Positions 31,391-40,911 of a stretch of DNA of 64,000 nucleotides are shown in pieces. The DNA is taken from the IMG/VR virus record IMGVR_UViG_3300035670_000137, positions 1 through 64,000 of that record, one strand, 5' to 3'. The notes beneath the pieces are model-generated. The model made no database searches. It saw only the letters and a list, made by a program, of their open reading frames with translations, and had not been told where the DNA came from. Origin of the DNA: a virus. The first letter of the stretch is position 1, and every line of letters starts with the position of its first letter. Made by a program: the position numbers and the translations under genes.

Positions 31391-32158
31391 TTATATACGG
31401 AAACATTCCGTTTCCCCTCCTCGATATTTAGGAAAAGTAGTTGGTACATACTTATACTCAGAGGTAGAATTTAACCACTTTTTTTCCAAGATAAGCGCTT
31501 CTGTCAGAGATAGACTAATATCTATTAATATCTCGTATGTTGGGTAACCTCTTAGTCGTTCTTTTATAGACCTTTGTGTTATACCTGCTTTAAAGAAGTC
31601 ATCTTCTAAAAAGTATACTAAGTATAAGATGGTCTCTCTATCTTTTATTAAAAATCCTTTTTTATTTGGGGGTACATTAGCTAACTCTAGAGCATTACTC
31701 CAGGTATTGAATCTATTTATGAAAGTATGCGCACATGGTATATTTTTATCTTTGATTCTATCAAAGTCTTCCATAGTGTACACTCCGCTACTGGCTAGAA
31801 TCTCCAATAACTCTTCATCTGTCCATTTTTGTATACCACCAGAACTTCTAGTTGTTTTACCAGCTAAAGAAACTGCAGTATTCCATGAGCCAAATCTATT
31901 TATGAAAGTATGCGCACATGGTACTCCATCAGTCCTATGTTTGTAGTTTGCCATTCTAGGATCTGGATCATTTTTTAAGAAGTTTATCAGTTCTTCGTCT
32001 GTGTATGTTTTATAAATTCGTTTTTGTAATCCAAGTCTTGCTCTTTTTACCTCTATAGATCCTTCTGATCTACCTAATTCTAAGCCTACCTGTTTATTGG
32101 TATAACCTTGTAAAAGAAATTCTTTTAATAAATCTTCTTCTTCTTGTGTCCATATCAT
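31391..32158 (-). CDS. Homing-endonuclease-associated repeat protein with GIY-YIG-like C-terminus
   Basis: Two PCAHTFINRFxxWxxA repeats; LYLVYF...KAGIT..SIKERL. Confidence 0.65.
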   Translation of the reverse strand: MIWTQEEEDLLKEFLLQGYTNKQVGLELGRSEGSIEVKRARLGLQKRIYKTYTDEELINFLKNDPDPRMANYKHRTDGVPCAHTFINRFGSWNTAVSLAGKTTRSSGGIQKWTDEELLEILASSGVYTMEDFDRIKDKNIPCAHTFINRFNTWSNALELANVPPNKKGFLIKDRETILYLVYFLEDDFFKAGITQRSIKERLRGYPTYEILIDISLSLTEALILEKKWLNSTSEYKYVPTTFPKYRGGETECFRI

Positions 32159-32189
32159 ATTAATTTAGTATAATTTATTAGTATAGGTA

Positions 32190-32220
32190 AAATTATAGCA
32201 TATTAACTAAATATTGTCAA
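32190..32220 (-). promoter_or_regulatory. sigma70-type late promoter
   Basis: TTGACA-N17-TATAAT on minus strand. Confidence 0.75.
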
Positions 32221-32404
32221 GTATATTTTTGTTGTATCCTACGAGATTAACAAAAATATTATTCAGTTTATAACACCTATTAGTATGTAGAATAATTCCT
32301 TTGGATACCGCGTGCGGGTGTGTCATTAGCTGGCACGGTTTATGCTAGTTTATTAACCGCCCTGGTCTATAAGCCTGGCTGATGGGAGCATAGAAAACTT
32401 TGAA

Positions 32405-32433
32405 TTGACATCGCAACCTGGCGCGACTACAAT
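32405..32433 (+). promoter_or_regulatory. Pre-early sigma70 promoter (others at 32624, 33217, 34453, 36210, 37521)
   Basis: TTGACA-N17-TACAAT; near-consensus siblings head each pre-early unit. Confidence 0.8.
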
Positions 32434-32465
32434 AACAACATCAGATAACGAAAGAGAAATAAAAA

Positions 32466-32621
32466 ATGTTTAACACTAATGGACACATGACACAAGATAA
32501 CTTTAATGCTGTTGCATCTAAGGATCTGTTTCGTGCCATCTGGATTGCAAAGCACATGGGCGTAGCTGATACGGTTATGCGTGCGTGGGTTGCTGCTGTT
32601 CTTGCTGTTCTGAAAAAATAA
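32466..32621 (+). CDS. Small pre-early hypothetical protein (51 aa, not in ORF track)
   Basis: ATG after promoter, open frame to TAA. Confidence 0.6.
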   Translation: MFNTNGHMTQDNFNAVASKDLFRAIWIAKHMGVADTVMRAWVAAVLAVLKK

Positions 32622-32681
32622 TCTTGACTTCTGATGTTGCTTGTTCTATAATATAATCTCACTGATACGAAAGGAAACGCC

Positions 32682-33029
32682 ATGACTGCAAAGACTGTTA
32701 ATTACACTCCTGAGCAAACCGCTGTTCTGATTTCGCGCTATGTTGATGAGAAGGTTAGCGTTGAGGCTATCGCTGCTGAATTCGGCAAGAGCGTGCGTTC
32801 CATTGTTGCCAAGCTTTCGCGTGAAGGCGTATATAAGGCTAAGGAATACACCACGAAAAAGGGTGATGCTCCGGTGAAGAAGGATGCGCTTGCATCTGAG
32901 CTGATGCTGTTGGTTGGCTTGACTGAGGCTGAAGCTGATAGCCTTGGCAAGGCTAATAAGACTGCCTTGGCTAAGATTCTGGCTATCGTTAAGGCTGCAA
33001 AGATTAGCAATGCTAATGATGTAAGCTGA
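32682..33029 (+). CDS. A2: T5 A2-like DNA-binding protein, copy 1
   Basis: KSVRSIVAKLSREGVY...SLGKANKTAL resembles T5 A2/D3 family. Confidence 0.7.
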   Translation: MTAKTVNYTPEQTAVLISRYVDEKVSVEAIAAEFGKSVRSIVAKLSREGVYKAKEYTTKKGDAPVKKDALASELMLLVGLTEAEADSLGKANKTALAKILAIVKAAKISNANDVS

Positions 33030-33094
33030 TGGATTATGGCACGGTTCCTGCTGTAAGCAGGGATCGTGCCAGGCTGAAAGAAAAAGGCCTTGAA

Positions 33095-33134
33095 AATCAA
33101 GGACTTAGGCCAGGGCCTGGGTAAGCTATTGATT
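33095..33134. repeat. Inverted IHF-box pair with 14-bp GC spacer (also 34273-34312, 36055-36094, 37396-37435, 38118-38157)
   Basis: WATCAANNNNTTA on each strand, identical spacing. Confidence 0.8.
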
Positions 33135-33163
33135 TATAACACTTAATTCTGCGCCTACGACCA

Positions 33164-33179
33164 TGGCACGGTTTTTGCT
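33164..33179 (+). promoter_or_regulatory. sigma54 -24/-12 box (also 36135 +, 37356 -, near-matches 32331, 33037, 33056, 38016, 38054)
   Basis: TGGCACG-N4-TTGCT exact consensus. Confidence 0.7.
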
Positions 33180-33263
33180 ATCCCTGGGCTTGTTACAATT
33201 TGTTACAATTAAGGGCTTGACTCTGCCATCCGATCAACTATAATTCAATCATAGCAAAACGAA

Positions 33264-33452
33264 ATGGAGATTGAAATGCTCAAGGTTATGTGTTCTGATT
33301 TGGCAACCGGTAATCGCAAGGTTTTCGCGGTTTGTGCAACTCCTAAAATGGCGCTTGGCATTCAAAAGCGTATGAATGAACGGAATGAGGAAGCTACTAA
33401 ATTTACTGGCAAAGCTATCCGTTTCGTTTATTTCGTTGTTCGTTCGAGGTAA
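33264..33452 (+). CDS. Hypothetical pre-early protein
   Basis: ORF right after promoter, GGAG SD before ATG 33276. Confidence 0.55.
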   Translation: MEIEMLKVMCSDLATGNRKVFAVCATPKMALGIQKRMNERNEEATKFTGKAIRFVYFVVRSR

Positions 33453-33550
33453 ATCATGGAATACTTCATTGGCTTAATTGTTCTGCTGCTTGTTCCTGAG
33501 ATCCTGAATTCGGTTATTGATGCCGTCAAAGAATGGGAAGAATTGACAAA

Positions 33551-33928
33551 ATGAAATACGACGTTGTTAAACTCCACGCTTTCGCTAATAAAATCGCCGT
33601 TGCTTTTTGGGATTATGCCAAGCAATATTGGCGTGAGGATATTGGCGAAATGCCGGAAATTCGGATGAATTCGCGATTGACTAGCACTGCCGGTCGCGCT
33701 TTTCTTCAAGATAACTATGTCGATTTGTCTTGCTATCTGTTGCAGAATAACCCCGAATATTTCCGCATCGATACTATTCCACATGAATTGTGCCATCATA
33801 TTGCTTTCCGTATTTATGGTGATCGTGGTCACGGTAAGGGTTGGAAATATGTAATGAAATCGATGGGATTATCCGGTGATCGTTGTCATACGAGGCAAAC
33901 TAAATATCAAGCTGAAAGGGCTAAATAA
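33551..33928 (+). CDS. SprT-like zinc metalloprotease
   Basis: RLTSTAGRA...HELCH...HGKGWKYVM. Confidence 0.8.
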   Translation: MKYDVVKLHAFANKIAVAFWDYAKQYWREDIGEMPEIRMNSRLTSTAGRAFLQDNYVDLSCYLLQNNPEYFRIDTIPHELCHHIAFRIYGDRGHGKGWKYVMKSMGLSGDRCHTRQTKYQAERAK

Positions 33929-34245
33929 TGTCATACGTTACTATTAATAAACATGATGCTGGTATTCTGTTTAATACTGCGGAATTGGCTGCGTTGGCCG
34001 TATTTAATAAATATGAGCAAACGATTAAAGAATACTATGCTGATAGGATTACAACTAAAAAGATTCTGGGGATTAGCTTTAAGGTTGATAATTCTAGAAT
34101 GCAGGACGAAATGTCAATAATTATTCCTAAATATAGGGTTAAAGAGACAATTGATAAGATTCGGCAATTGAATGCAATGCTTGAATACGCCGATGAAATG
34201 AATATTTCAACAAAAGACTGGGAAATTATTACTCGCTATATGTGA
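33928..34245 (+). CDS. Hypothetical pre-early protein
   Basis: TAATG-coupled ORF. Confidence 0.6.
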   Translation: MSYVTINKHDAGILFNTAELAALAVFNKYEQTIKEYYADRITTKKILGISFKVDNSRMQDEMSIIIPKYRVKETIDKIRQLNAMLEYADEMNISTKDWEIITRYM

Positions 34246-34513
34246 GCACTTACCAACCAAAAAGGTCTTTAGAATCAAGGGCTTAGCGGGGCCCTGGCCT
34301 AACCCCTTGATTTATAAGGGGTTAGGCCAGAAACGCACCAACCTGGGGCGCGCCGATTTTACCACGGCCGGCGTGGAATGTCAATAGGCCGCGGCATCAA
34401 ATGTTTTTATGGGCGCATAAAAATTACTTCGAAAAAATTTTTGCGAAAACGCTTGACAGCCTGGGGCAATGGGCGCATAATACGTTCATCAAATAACGAA
34501 AGGTAATAAACAA

Positions 34514-34987
34514 ATGTCAATTAAGCGTGTTCAGATTTACGATATGGATGGAACCATTGTGGATTCCACGCATCGTTATCGGACGATTTCGGAAAATGGA
34601 ATCGAAAAGATTGATCTTGAATATTGGCGTGCTAATGAATATCGCGCAATGGATGATTCATTGCTTCCGCTTGCAGATCAATATAAGGCTGATTTGGCTG
34701 ATCCTGAATGCTATGTTATTATCGCAACTGCTCGCGTTCTGAATGAACCGGATATTAAATTCATTAATGAAATTCTCGGGAAACCGGATTATATTATTTC
34801 TCGGAAACCGGATAGCAGCATTTCCGGCGGTGTTTTAAAGGTTAATGGATTGCGTAAATTCTTTAATCTCAAGAATTTCAAAAATGCTGCGTTTGTGTTT
34901 TATGAGGATAATGCAGCATATCTGAAAAAGGTTTGCGATACTTTTAAAATCTCCGGTGTATATTGTCCGTCTAATCAGGGTCACTAA
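34514..34987 (+). CDS. dmp: HAD deoxynucleoside-5'-monophosphatase (T5 Dmp-like)
   Basis: YDMDGTIVDS.HR, DSLLPL, IATAR, FYED. Confidence 0.8.
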   Translation: MSIKRVQIYDMDGTIVDSTHRYRTISENGIEKIDLEYWRANEYRAMDDSLLPLADQYKADLADPECYVIIATARVLNEPDIKFINEILGKPDYIISRKPDSSISGGVLKVNGLRKFFNLKNFKNAAFVFYEDNAAYLKKVCDTFKISGVYCPSNQGH

Positions 34988-34991
34988 AATC

Positions 34992-35687
34992 ATGGCTAAA
35001 AAAGAATATTTCCTCATTGTTGATACTGAAACGACGGCGAATGATACTGTTTTCGATTTCGGTGCGGTTGTTTGTGATCGCAAGGGTAATATTGTGCAGA
35101 AATGCGCGATTATCGTAAAAGAGGAATTGGATAAAGATTTGTTCTTTGATCCGAAAGCGGAAGGCATTTGGTCGCGTCAATATGCGAATAAGAAAAAAGC
35201 CGGTTATCTGGAAATGATTAATAATGGTAATCGGATGGTCGCATCTGTTGCCGCTGTTAATCGTTGGCTTGAAAAGGTAGCGGCTAAATATAATCCGACT
35301 ATTACCGCTTATAATTTCGCTTTTGATCGTGAGAAATGCGCGAAAACCGGAATTGATTTGTCGATGTTTAATTCTAGCTTCTGCCTTTGGCATTTGTCCT
35401 GCTCGATTTATGCTAAGACTAAGGCTTATCGGCAATTTATTCTCGATAATCATTATTTCGGTAATCGGACTAAATTCGGCAATATGACTTACAAAACCAA
35501 TGCCGAGGTTATGGCTCATTTTGTAACTGGTAATTATTCAGAAGAACCGCATACTGCAATTGAAGATGCTCAATATTATGAGCTTCCGATTCTGGTTTCT
35601 ATTCTGAAAAAGAAAGGCTGGAAAAATAAAATTGGAACCGCTTATAATTGGAAAGATTACCAATTAAAAGATAATTTTAAGGCTTAA
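34992..35687 (+). CDS. DEDDh 3'-5' exonuclease
   Basis: VDTETT, AYNFAFD, HTAIEDA. Confidence 0.8.
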   Translation: MAKKEYFLIVDTETTANDTVFDFGAVVCDRKGNIVQKCAIIVKEELDKDLFFDPKAEGIWSRQYANKKKAGYLEMINNGNRMVASVAAVNRWLEKVAAKYNPTITAYNFAFDREKCAKTGIDLSMFNSSFCLWHLSCSIYAKTKAYRQFILDNHYFGNRTKFGNMTYKTNAEVMAHFVTGNYSEEPHTAIEDAQYYELPILVSILKKKGWKNKIGTAYNWKDYQLKDNFKA

Positions 35688-36269
35688 TAGGAAAATATAA
35701 AATGAATACTTTAATTTATCGTGAAAATGGGAATATTGAACAAAAAGAATTCAAATCAATATATGAGGCTGCAAACTGGGTAAAAGAAAATACCGGATAT
35801 TTTGAGGCAAATGAGAATATTTTAATTGTTGATTGGAAAATGAAAGAACAGCAATGGTTCCAATTGCAATTAACTATTAAATTGGTTGAATTAGAATAAT
35901 ATTATAAATATGGCTGATATACTATTTATAATCTGGATAATATATTGGCTATATATTGCCTTTATTGCTGAATAATATTATAAATAGGTCTTATATAAGA
36001 CCTATTTTTTCGGCCAGGATGTAAGCGAGCACTCACTCCAGAAAAAGCCTTTAGAATCAAGGACTTAGGTGGAGGCCCCGCTAACCCCTTGATTTATAAG
36101 GACTATTTTTCGACTATCAATGACTTACAGAACATGGCACGCTTCTTGCTTCAATCCTGGCTCATAAGAAATTTTTATGCTAGGATAGAAATTACTTCGA
36201 AAAAAGTTCTTGACAAGATGAAACGGTCGGAGCATAATATGCCCATGTTAAACGATAGGATTAATTGAA

Positions 36270-36479
36270 ATGATTGCTTGGATTGGTACGATTTGCGGTA
36301 TTATTGGTGCTTTGCTTGTTGCCGCTAATAATGGTCATCAGGACATTGGTTATATGTTCTTTTTGGTAGGTGCGGGTTTTTCTCTTGCATCATCGATCAA
36401 AGAAAAGCACAAAGCGAATATCGCTCTTTGGTCGGTTTTCTTTTCGATTAATGTTTATGGATTGATGCGTTATGTCTAA
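36270..36479 (+). CDS. Small membrane protein
   Basis: Three hydrophobic segments; follows promoter. Confidence 0.6.
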   Translation: MIAWIGTICGIIGALLVAANNGHQDIGYMFFLVGAGFSLASSIKEKHKANIALWSVFFSINVYGLMRYV

Positions 36480-36825
36480 GAAATTGGAAAATGAGGTTAA
36501 GCGATTCGCTTATGATTTTATGGAAAAAATGGGCTGGAAACCTGTCCATATTAATCGGATCAAAATCTCTAATATGCGTCGTTATAAGGGATTGTGTATA
36601 ACTGAAGATTGCGAATCGGTTTATATCATCCTGAGCGAGCATACTCACGACAACAATAAGGATTTTTTCGCTACGCTTATTCATGAATTGATCCATGCAC
36701 ATTTGCTGATTAATAAGCATAAGTTTATGTCACATCATAAGCATGGCAAAATGTTTAAGCGTTACGCTAAAAAGGTTGAAAAGAAAACAAACGGATATTA
36801 TACTGTCGAGGAAATCGTAAAATGA
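36472..36825 (+). CDS. SprT-like metalloprotease
   Basis: TLIHELIHAH...HGKMF. Confidence 0.7.
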   Translation: MSKKLENEVKRFAYDFMEKMGWKPVHINRIKISNMRRYKGLCITEDCESVYIILSEHTHDNNKDFFATLIHELIHAHLLINKHKFMSHHKHGKMFKRYAKKVEKKTNGYYTVEEIVK

Positions 36826-37618
36826 AAAAGACTTTCGAGGAATGGAAAAAGCAGGTTGATCTGGAAATCGAAAAGCGTGCTTATGGCTTGAATTCTGACG
36901 ATCTGCCCGATTATGATTATTGGGCTGAATGGGAAGCCGGAGAATCTCCGGTTTTTACTGCAAAGGCTGCAATTCAAAACGCGAAGGATTATTAAAATGG
37001 AATTCGATCTAGTTGATGAAATGATGTGGGAAGATTTAATTGATTTTGAATCTCTTGAATCTGTCGGGCTTGAGGATTCATATTGTGGAGATACTGTTCC
37101 GGCGGCCCAGGCTGTATATTACTCGGAGGAAATGTGATATGATAAAACTCGTTATTTCTTTTGATGAATTCGAAGGCGTATTAGGTCATCTTGATCCGCA
37201 TTTGGATGCCGCTTGCCAAGCAATGGAAGCATATAACGATTGGCTTTGCGATTATCTGGAAAATCAATTCCCTGATTGGGATATTGAACTGGCATTTGAT
37301 TTTAATAATGCCGAATGGGATTTTGATAATACCGAGGTACATATTCCAATGATCGTGCAATAATCGTGCCAGCAAAACCCCGAAAAGTCCTTACAAATCA
37401 AGGACTTAGCGGGGCCCCTGGCTAACTCATTGATTTTAAAGGCTTTTTTCGGCGTATGACAGCATAATATCCTGGGCTTGTCCAATCAAATTTTTCTATA
37501 TGAGGATAGAAATTTTCGTGTTGCTTTGCCGAATCCGATTCTGTATAATTCTTTACATGGGATGACGAACTGGCTCAACGAAATCCCAAACCCTAAACCG
37601 AGCCACTAGGAAAATGCT

Positions 37619-37957
37619 ATGACCAAGACCGTCAATTATACTCCGGAACAAACCGTTGAACTCGTTTCCGCTTATACCGCGAATCCGTCGCAAGAAACTG
37701 TTGTGATGTTTGCCGAAAAGCTCGGCAAGTCGGTTCGGTCGATTGTTGCCAAACTCTCCCGCGAGGGCGTTTATAAGGCCAAGGAATACACGACCAAGAA
37801 GGGTGAAAAGCCGGTCAAGAAGGATTCGATGGCTGACGCTATCGGTGCGGTTCTCAAGCTGACCGAAGCTGAAACCGATTCGCTTGCGAAGGCTAACAAA
37901 ACGGCTCTTGCCAAGATTTTCGAGGCTCTTGCCAATTCCAAGCCGATCGACGGCTAA
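37619..37957 (+). CDS. A2: T5 A2-like protein, copy 2
   Basis: Near-identical core to 32682-33029. Confidence 0.7.
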   Translation: MTKTVNYTPEQTVELVSAYTANPSQETVVMFAEKLGKSVRSIVAKLSREGVYKAKEYTTKKGEKPVKKDSMADAIGAVLKLTEAETDSLAKANKTALAKIFEALANSKPIDG

Positions 37958-37975
37958 AAGCAAAAAGCATACCAG

Positions 37976-38000
37976 ATACCCGCTTCGGCGGGTATTTTTT
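37976..38000 (+). terminator. Intrinsic terminator
   Basis: ATACCCGC-TTCG-GCGGGTAT-TTTTT. Confidence 0.8.
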
Positions 38001-39139
38001 CGTCCCGAGCCAGGCGGGCACGATTCTTGCGCCCAAATTTTGTGCCAGCGCCTGGGCATGATAATTGCTAATAGGAATCGCACGTAACCCATTGATTCAC
38101 TAAAAATAAGCCTTTACAATCAAGCACTTAGGGCCGGGGCCCCATAAACCTTTGAAAGTCAAGACAATTTTTTCGAACCTTATCAGGCACTTACCTCCGC
38201 CGACCATCACCTAAGTTGCCGCCGCCAGCGCGCGAATCAAGGACTTACGTCACGAACCTCCAAAAATTCATCCATCAAATCAACCACTTATACCACCATA
38301 AATCCGCAGCTCCGCTGCGCCTGAGTGCAAAAACAGTGCAAATCCTAAATTTTCGAGGGCTGCCCCAAGCCTTGTCAAGTGCAAAAATCTCAACCTGCCA
38401 CCGCCGGACCGCTACACCAGTGCAGGTGCGAAAATTTTGAGGCCCCTGGCTGCGCCCATTATAAAGTGGGAAACCTGTGAGTGTCAAGACTAAATTTTCG
38501 AAGGTTGGACCTGGCGGCGAAATAAGTGAAGAACAATTAGTGCCTGGCTCGCGGCCTTCGCCGCAATTTGGCACGATTTATTTTCCATAGCGGCAATTTG
38601 GCACGATTTAGGGTCAAATTCAAACAATTTAGGACAATTTATGCGATTTGTGCGCTTTTTGCGACATAAGTACCGAATTTGGCACTTGTGCTCGGCGTGG
38701 TGGGCCGGATTTTAACCTATTCCAAACCGCTTCAGGCTTGAAATTTCTGTCTTGATATAAAAAACCGGAGCGACTATAATATAAAAATGTTGTGAAGCCC
38801 TGGCACTTTGGGAAACAATAAAAAATTTAGACTTGCGACACGGAGTTAAAGCGAATATAATATTTACATGATGTGAGAGAGGGGAACCAAGATGGATGAG
38901 GATAGAATCACTTCTTTTTGGTATGATACGTCGCTTGAATGGGGCGTTACCGTAGCAGAAGCATCAGATGAAAATGTTGTGTGTAGCATAGTAGCAGCGA
39001 TGTTTGAAGACGATGTACCGTTTTAACATCCTGACCCTAAATTGTAGCAAACCGTAGCAAATTGTTTTACACATTATCAATATTGGCTGAGGACTGCGAA
39101 GCCAAACAACCAAAACCAAATCAAGAAAGGCAGCAAATT

Positions 39140-39439
39140 ATGAACACGAAAGTCCAAAACTACTCCGCCGAAACCGTTGAAAAGATGGTGTTCGATTACA
39201 AAGCTGGTGTTGCTGTTGAGCAAATCGCTCAGGAAATCGGGAAGTCTGTCCGGTCTGTTGTGGCCAAGCTCTCTCGCGAAGGTGTCTACGTTGCTAAGAA
39301 GTCTGCTGCGAAGGCAGATGGCAAGGTCACCAAAGCTGATCTGATCGCTAAGATCGCCGCGAAGTTCGAAGTTGAGGCGGAAGTCCTGGCCTCCCTCGAA
39401 AAGGCTACCAAGGAAGCTCTCGAAGTTCTGGCAGCTTAA
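39140..39439 (+). CDS. A2: T5 A2-like protein, copy 3
   Basis: KSVRSVVAKLSREGVY...ASLEKATKEAL. Confidence 0.65.
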   Translation: MNTKVQNYSAETVEKMVFDYKAGVAVEQIAQEIGKSVRSVVAKLSREGVYVAKKSAAKADGKVTKADLIAKIAAKFEVEAEVLASLEKATKEALEVLAA

Positions 39440-39827
39440 TCAAATTTAGGGTCGGGTGAGCAAAAGATCCTGACCCTAAATTGCTACATGGGCGAAGTGA
39501 GAAATTGCTTTCCCTAAACCGCAGCAGGTTGATCACCAAGTGACCGGCTTGCTGCGATTAGAGTAAGAGCAATAAGTCTTAGGTGCGTAGAGACTATAAA
39601 AGTGACGCATACCGTAATGGGGAAAACATGTAGAAATTTTACATTAACGAAACCCGTCCTAGTGCTCACTAGAGATTTAACTGTTAGAGCTATGAGCAAG
39701 CTAACTAACGTCGGAGAAAGTAACCGACCCTAAATTGCAGCATATCGAAAGGTATGCTGCATTTTTTGTATCTACTCATTTCACCAAAGAAAAAGCCAGG
39801 TCTGATTTCTCAGCCTGGCTTTTTTGC

Positions 39828-40151
39828 TTACTGTTTCAATTCTCTTATACGTTGTTCCATCAGTATAAGTGCTGTTTTTGTTACCTTTTCACAAGATTCC
39901 AGCAAATCGATATTAATATCAAGAAGTTTTGCAATCCTCTCGATATACTCCTCTTTCTTAACTGGAGTTTCGCCACGCTTGTTGAGGTACTCTTTCCTCT
40001 TATAAACACCTAGCGAGCTTAACTTAGCAATAACTGAGCGAACTGGAACAACTTCAGTATCAGTAGATAACTTAGCAGCTAATTCCTCTACAGGAATACC
40101 TGCTTTATAATCTTCTATTAATTTATTTACGATCTCTAAAGTGTATTTCAT
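39828..40151 (-). CDS. D3: T5 D3-like protein (A2 family)
   Basis: VRSVIAKLSSLGVY; downstream of D2-like gene. Confidence 0.6.
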   Translation of the reverse strand: MKYTLEIVNKLIEDYKAGIPVEELAAKLSTDTEVVPVRSVIAKLSSLGVYKRKEYLNKRGETPVKKEEYIERIAKLLDINIDLLESCEKVTKTALILMEQRIRELKQ

Positions 40152-40152
40152 A

Positions 40153-40911
40153 TTAGATATCCCATTCTAATATAGTTTTAGGTGCTTTTACTTCAGTATC
40201 AATTAAGGAGGAAGGCATTTCATCCCAATTACTCGGATTTAGTACCATATACTCATGTCTAATTGTAGGATGAGCAAGCCATACCTGAGTTAACATAATT
40301 TTAGCCAACCTGGGTAAAGCATCGAATTCTTCTACACCGGTATGCGTTATAGTAGTAGTGCTAACAGGATTTTTGACTGTTCCAGCCTTATCTCCTGTTT
40401 TAATTGTAGATCCAATTACTCGTAGTTCTAGTAGTTCCTCTTTAGTATAGCTTGGACATACACAATACATAGCATTATATATATCTGGATCTACTAAACT
40501 CTTAAAGTTTACCCATTTAGAGTAGGGAATGGATTGATACTTCTTAAAGGCAGCTAAAAATAAAGGAACGAGAGCACTATAAGGCAACATATCCGGGCTA
40601 GTAGCTTTTACACCGGCGGGGATAATAATACCTCTAGGACTACTCATCAAGTATAGTAACAAACCTTTAAACCATTCTGACCCTAAATCGCAGCGAGTTA
40701 TTGCTTGCCTAACAGTTAGTACTCCATCATACATACCATCAGCATTCTTAACTGGTGTAACTTTACCCAGATAAGCTAAAGCTTGAGGTAGTGCCCAACT
40801 AGAATACTTTGCGAAGGATTTGCGTTGATTAGTACCTTCTGGACCATCTTCATAAACTAACTGAAAGGGTACCTCTTTTAACTCTCTTTTGCTAAAACTA
40901 AAAGTTGCCAT
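40153..40911 (-). CDS. D2: T5 D2-like protein
   Basis: ALVPLFLAAFK...PYSKW; TQVWLAHP...MVLNPSNWDEMP resembles T5 D2 C-terminus. Confidence 0.65.
   Translation of the reverse strand: MATFSFSKRELKEVPFQLVYEDGPEGTNQRKSFAKYSSWALPQALAYLGKVTPVKNADGMYDGVLTVRQAITRCDLGSEWFKGLLLYLMSSPRGIIIPAGVKATSPDMLPYSALVPLFLAAFKKYQSIPYSKWVNFKSLVDPDIYNAMYCVCPSYTKEELLELRVIGSTIKTGDKAGTVKNPVSTTTITHTGVEEFDALPRLAKIMLTQVWLAHPTIRHEYMVLNPSNWDEMPSSLIDTEVKAPKTILEWDI

Noticed and set aside
631-31946. Many plus-strand ORFs in the late region (e.g. 12762-13757, 16866-17474)
   Set aside because: Antisense shadows of long minus-strand structural genes; no SD or recognisable motifs
33095-38157. Interspersed repeats as a CRISPR array
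   Set aside because: Copies are 0.7-1.8 kb apart with genes between them; no regular spacers or cas genes
38569-38615. Two further TGGCACG as sigma54 boxes
   Set aside because: No -12 TTGC element
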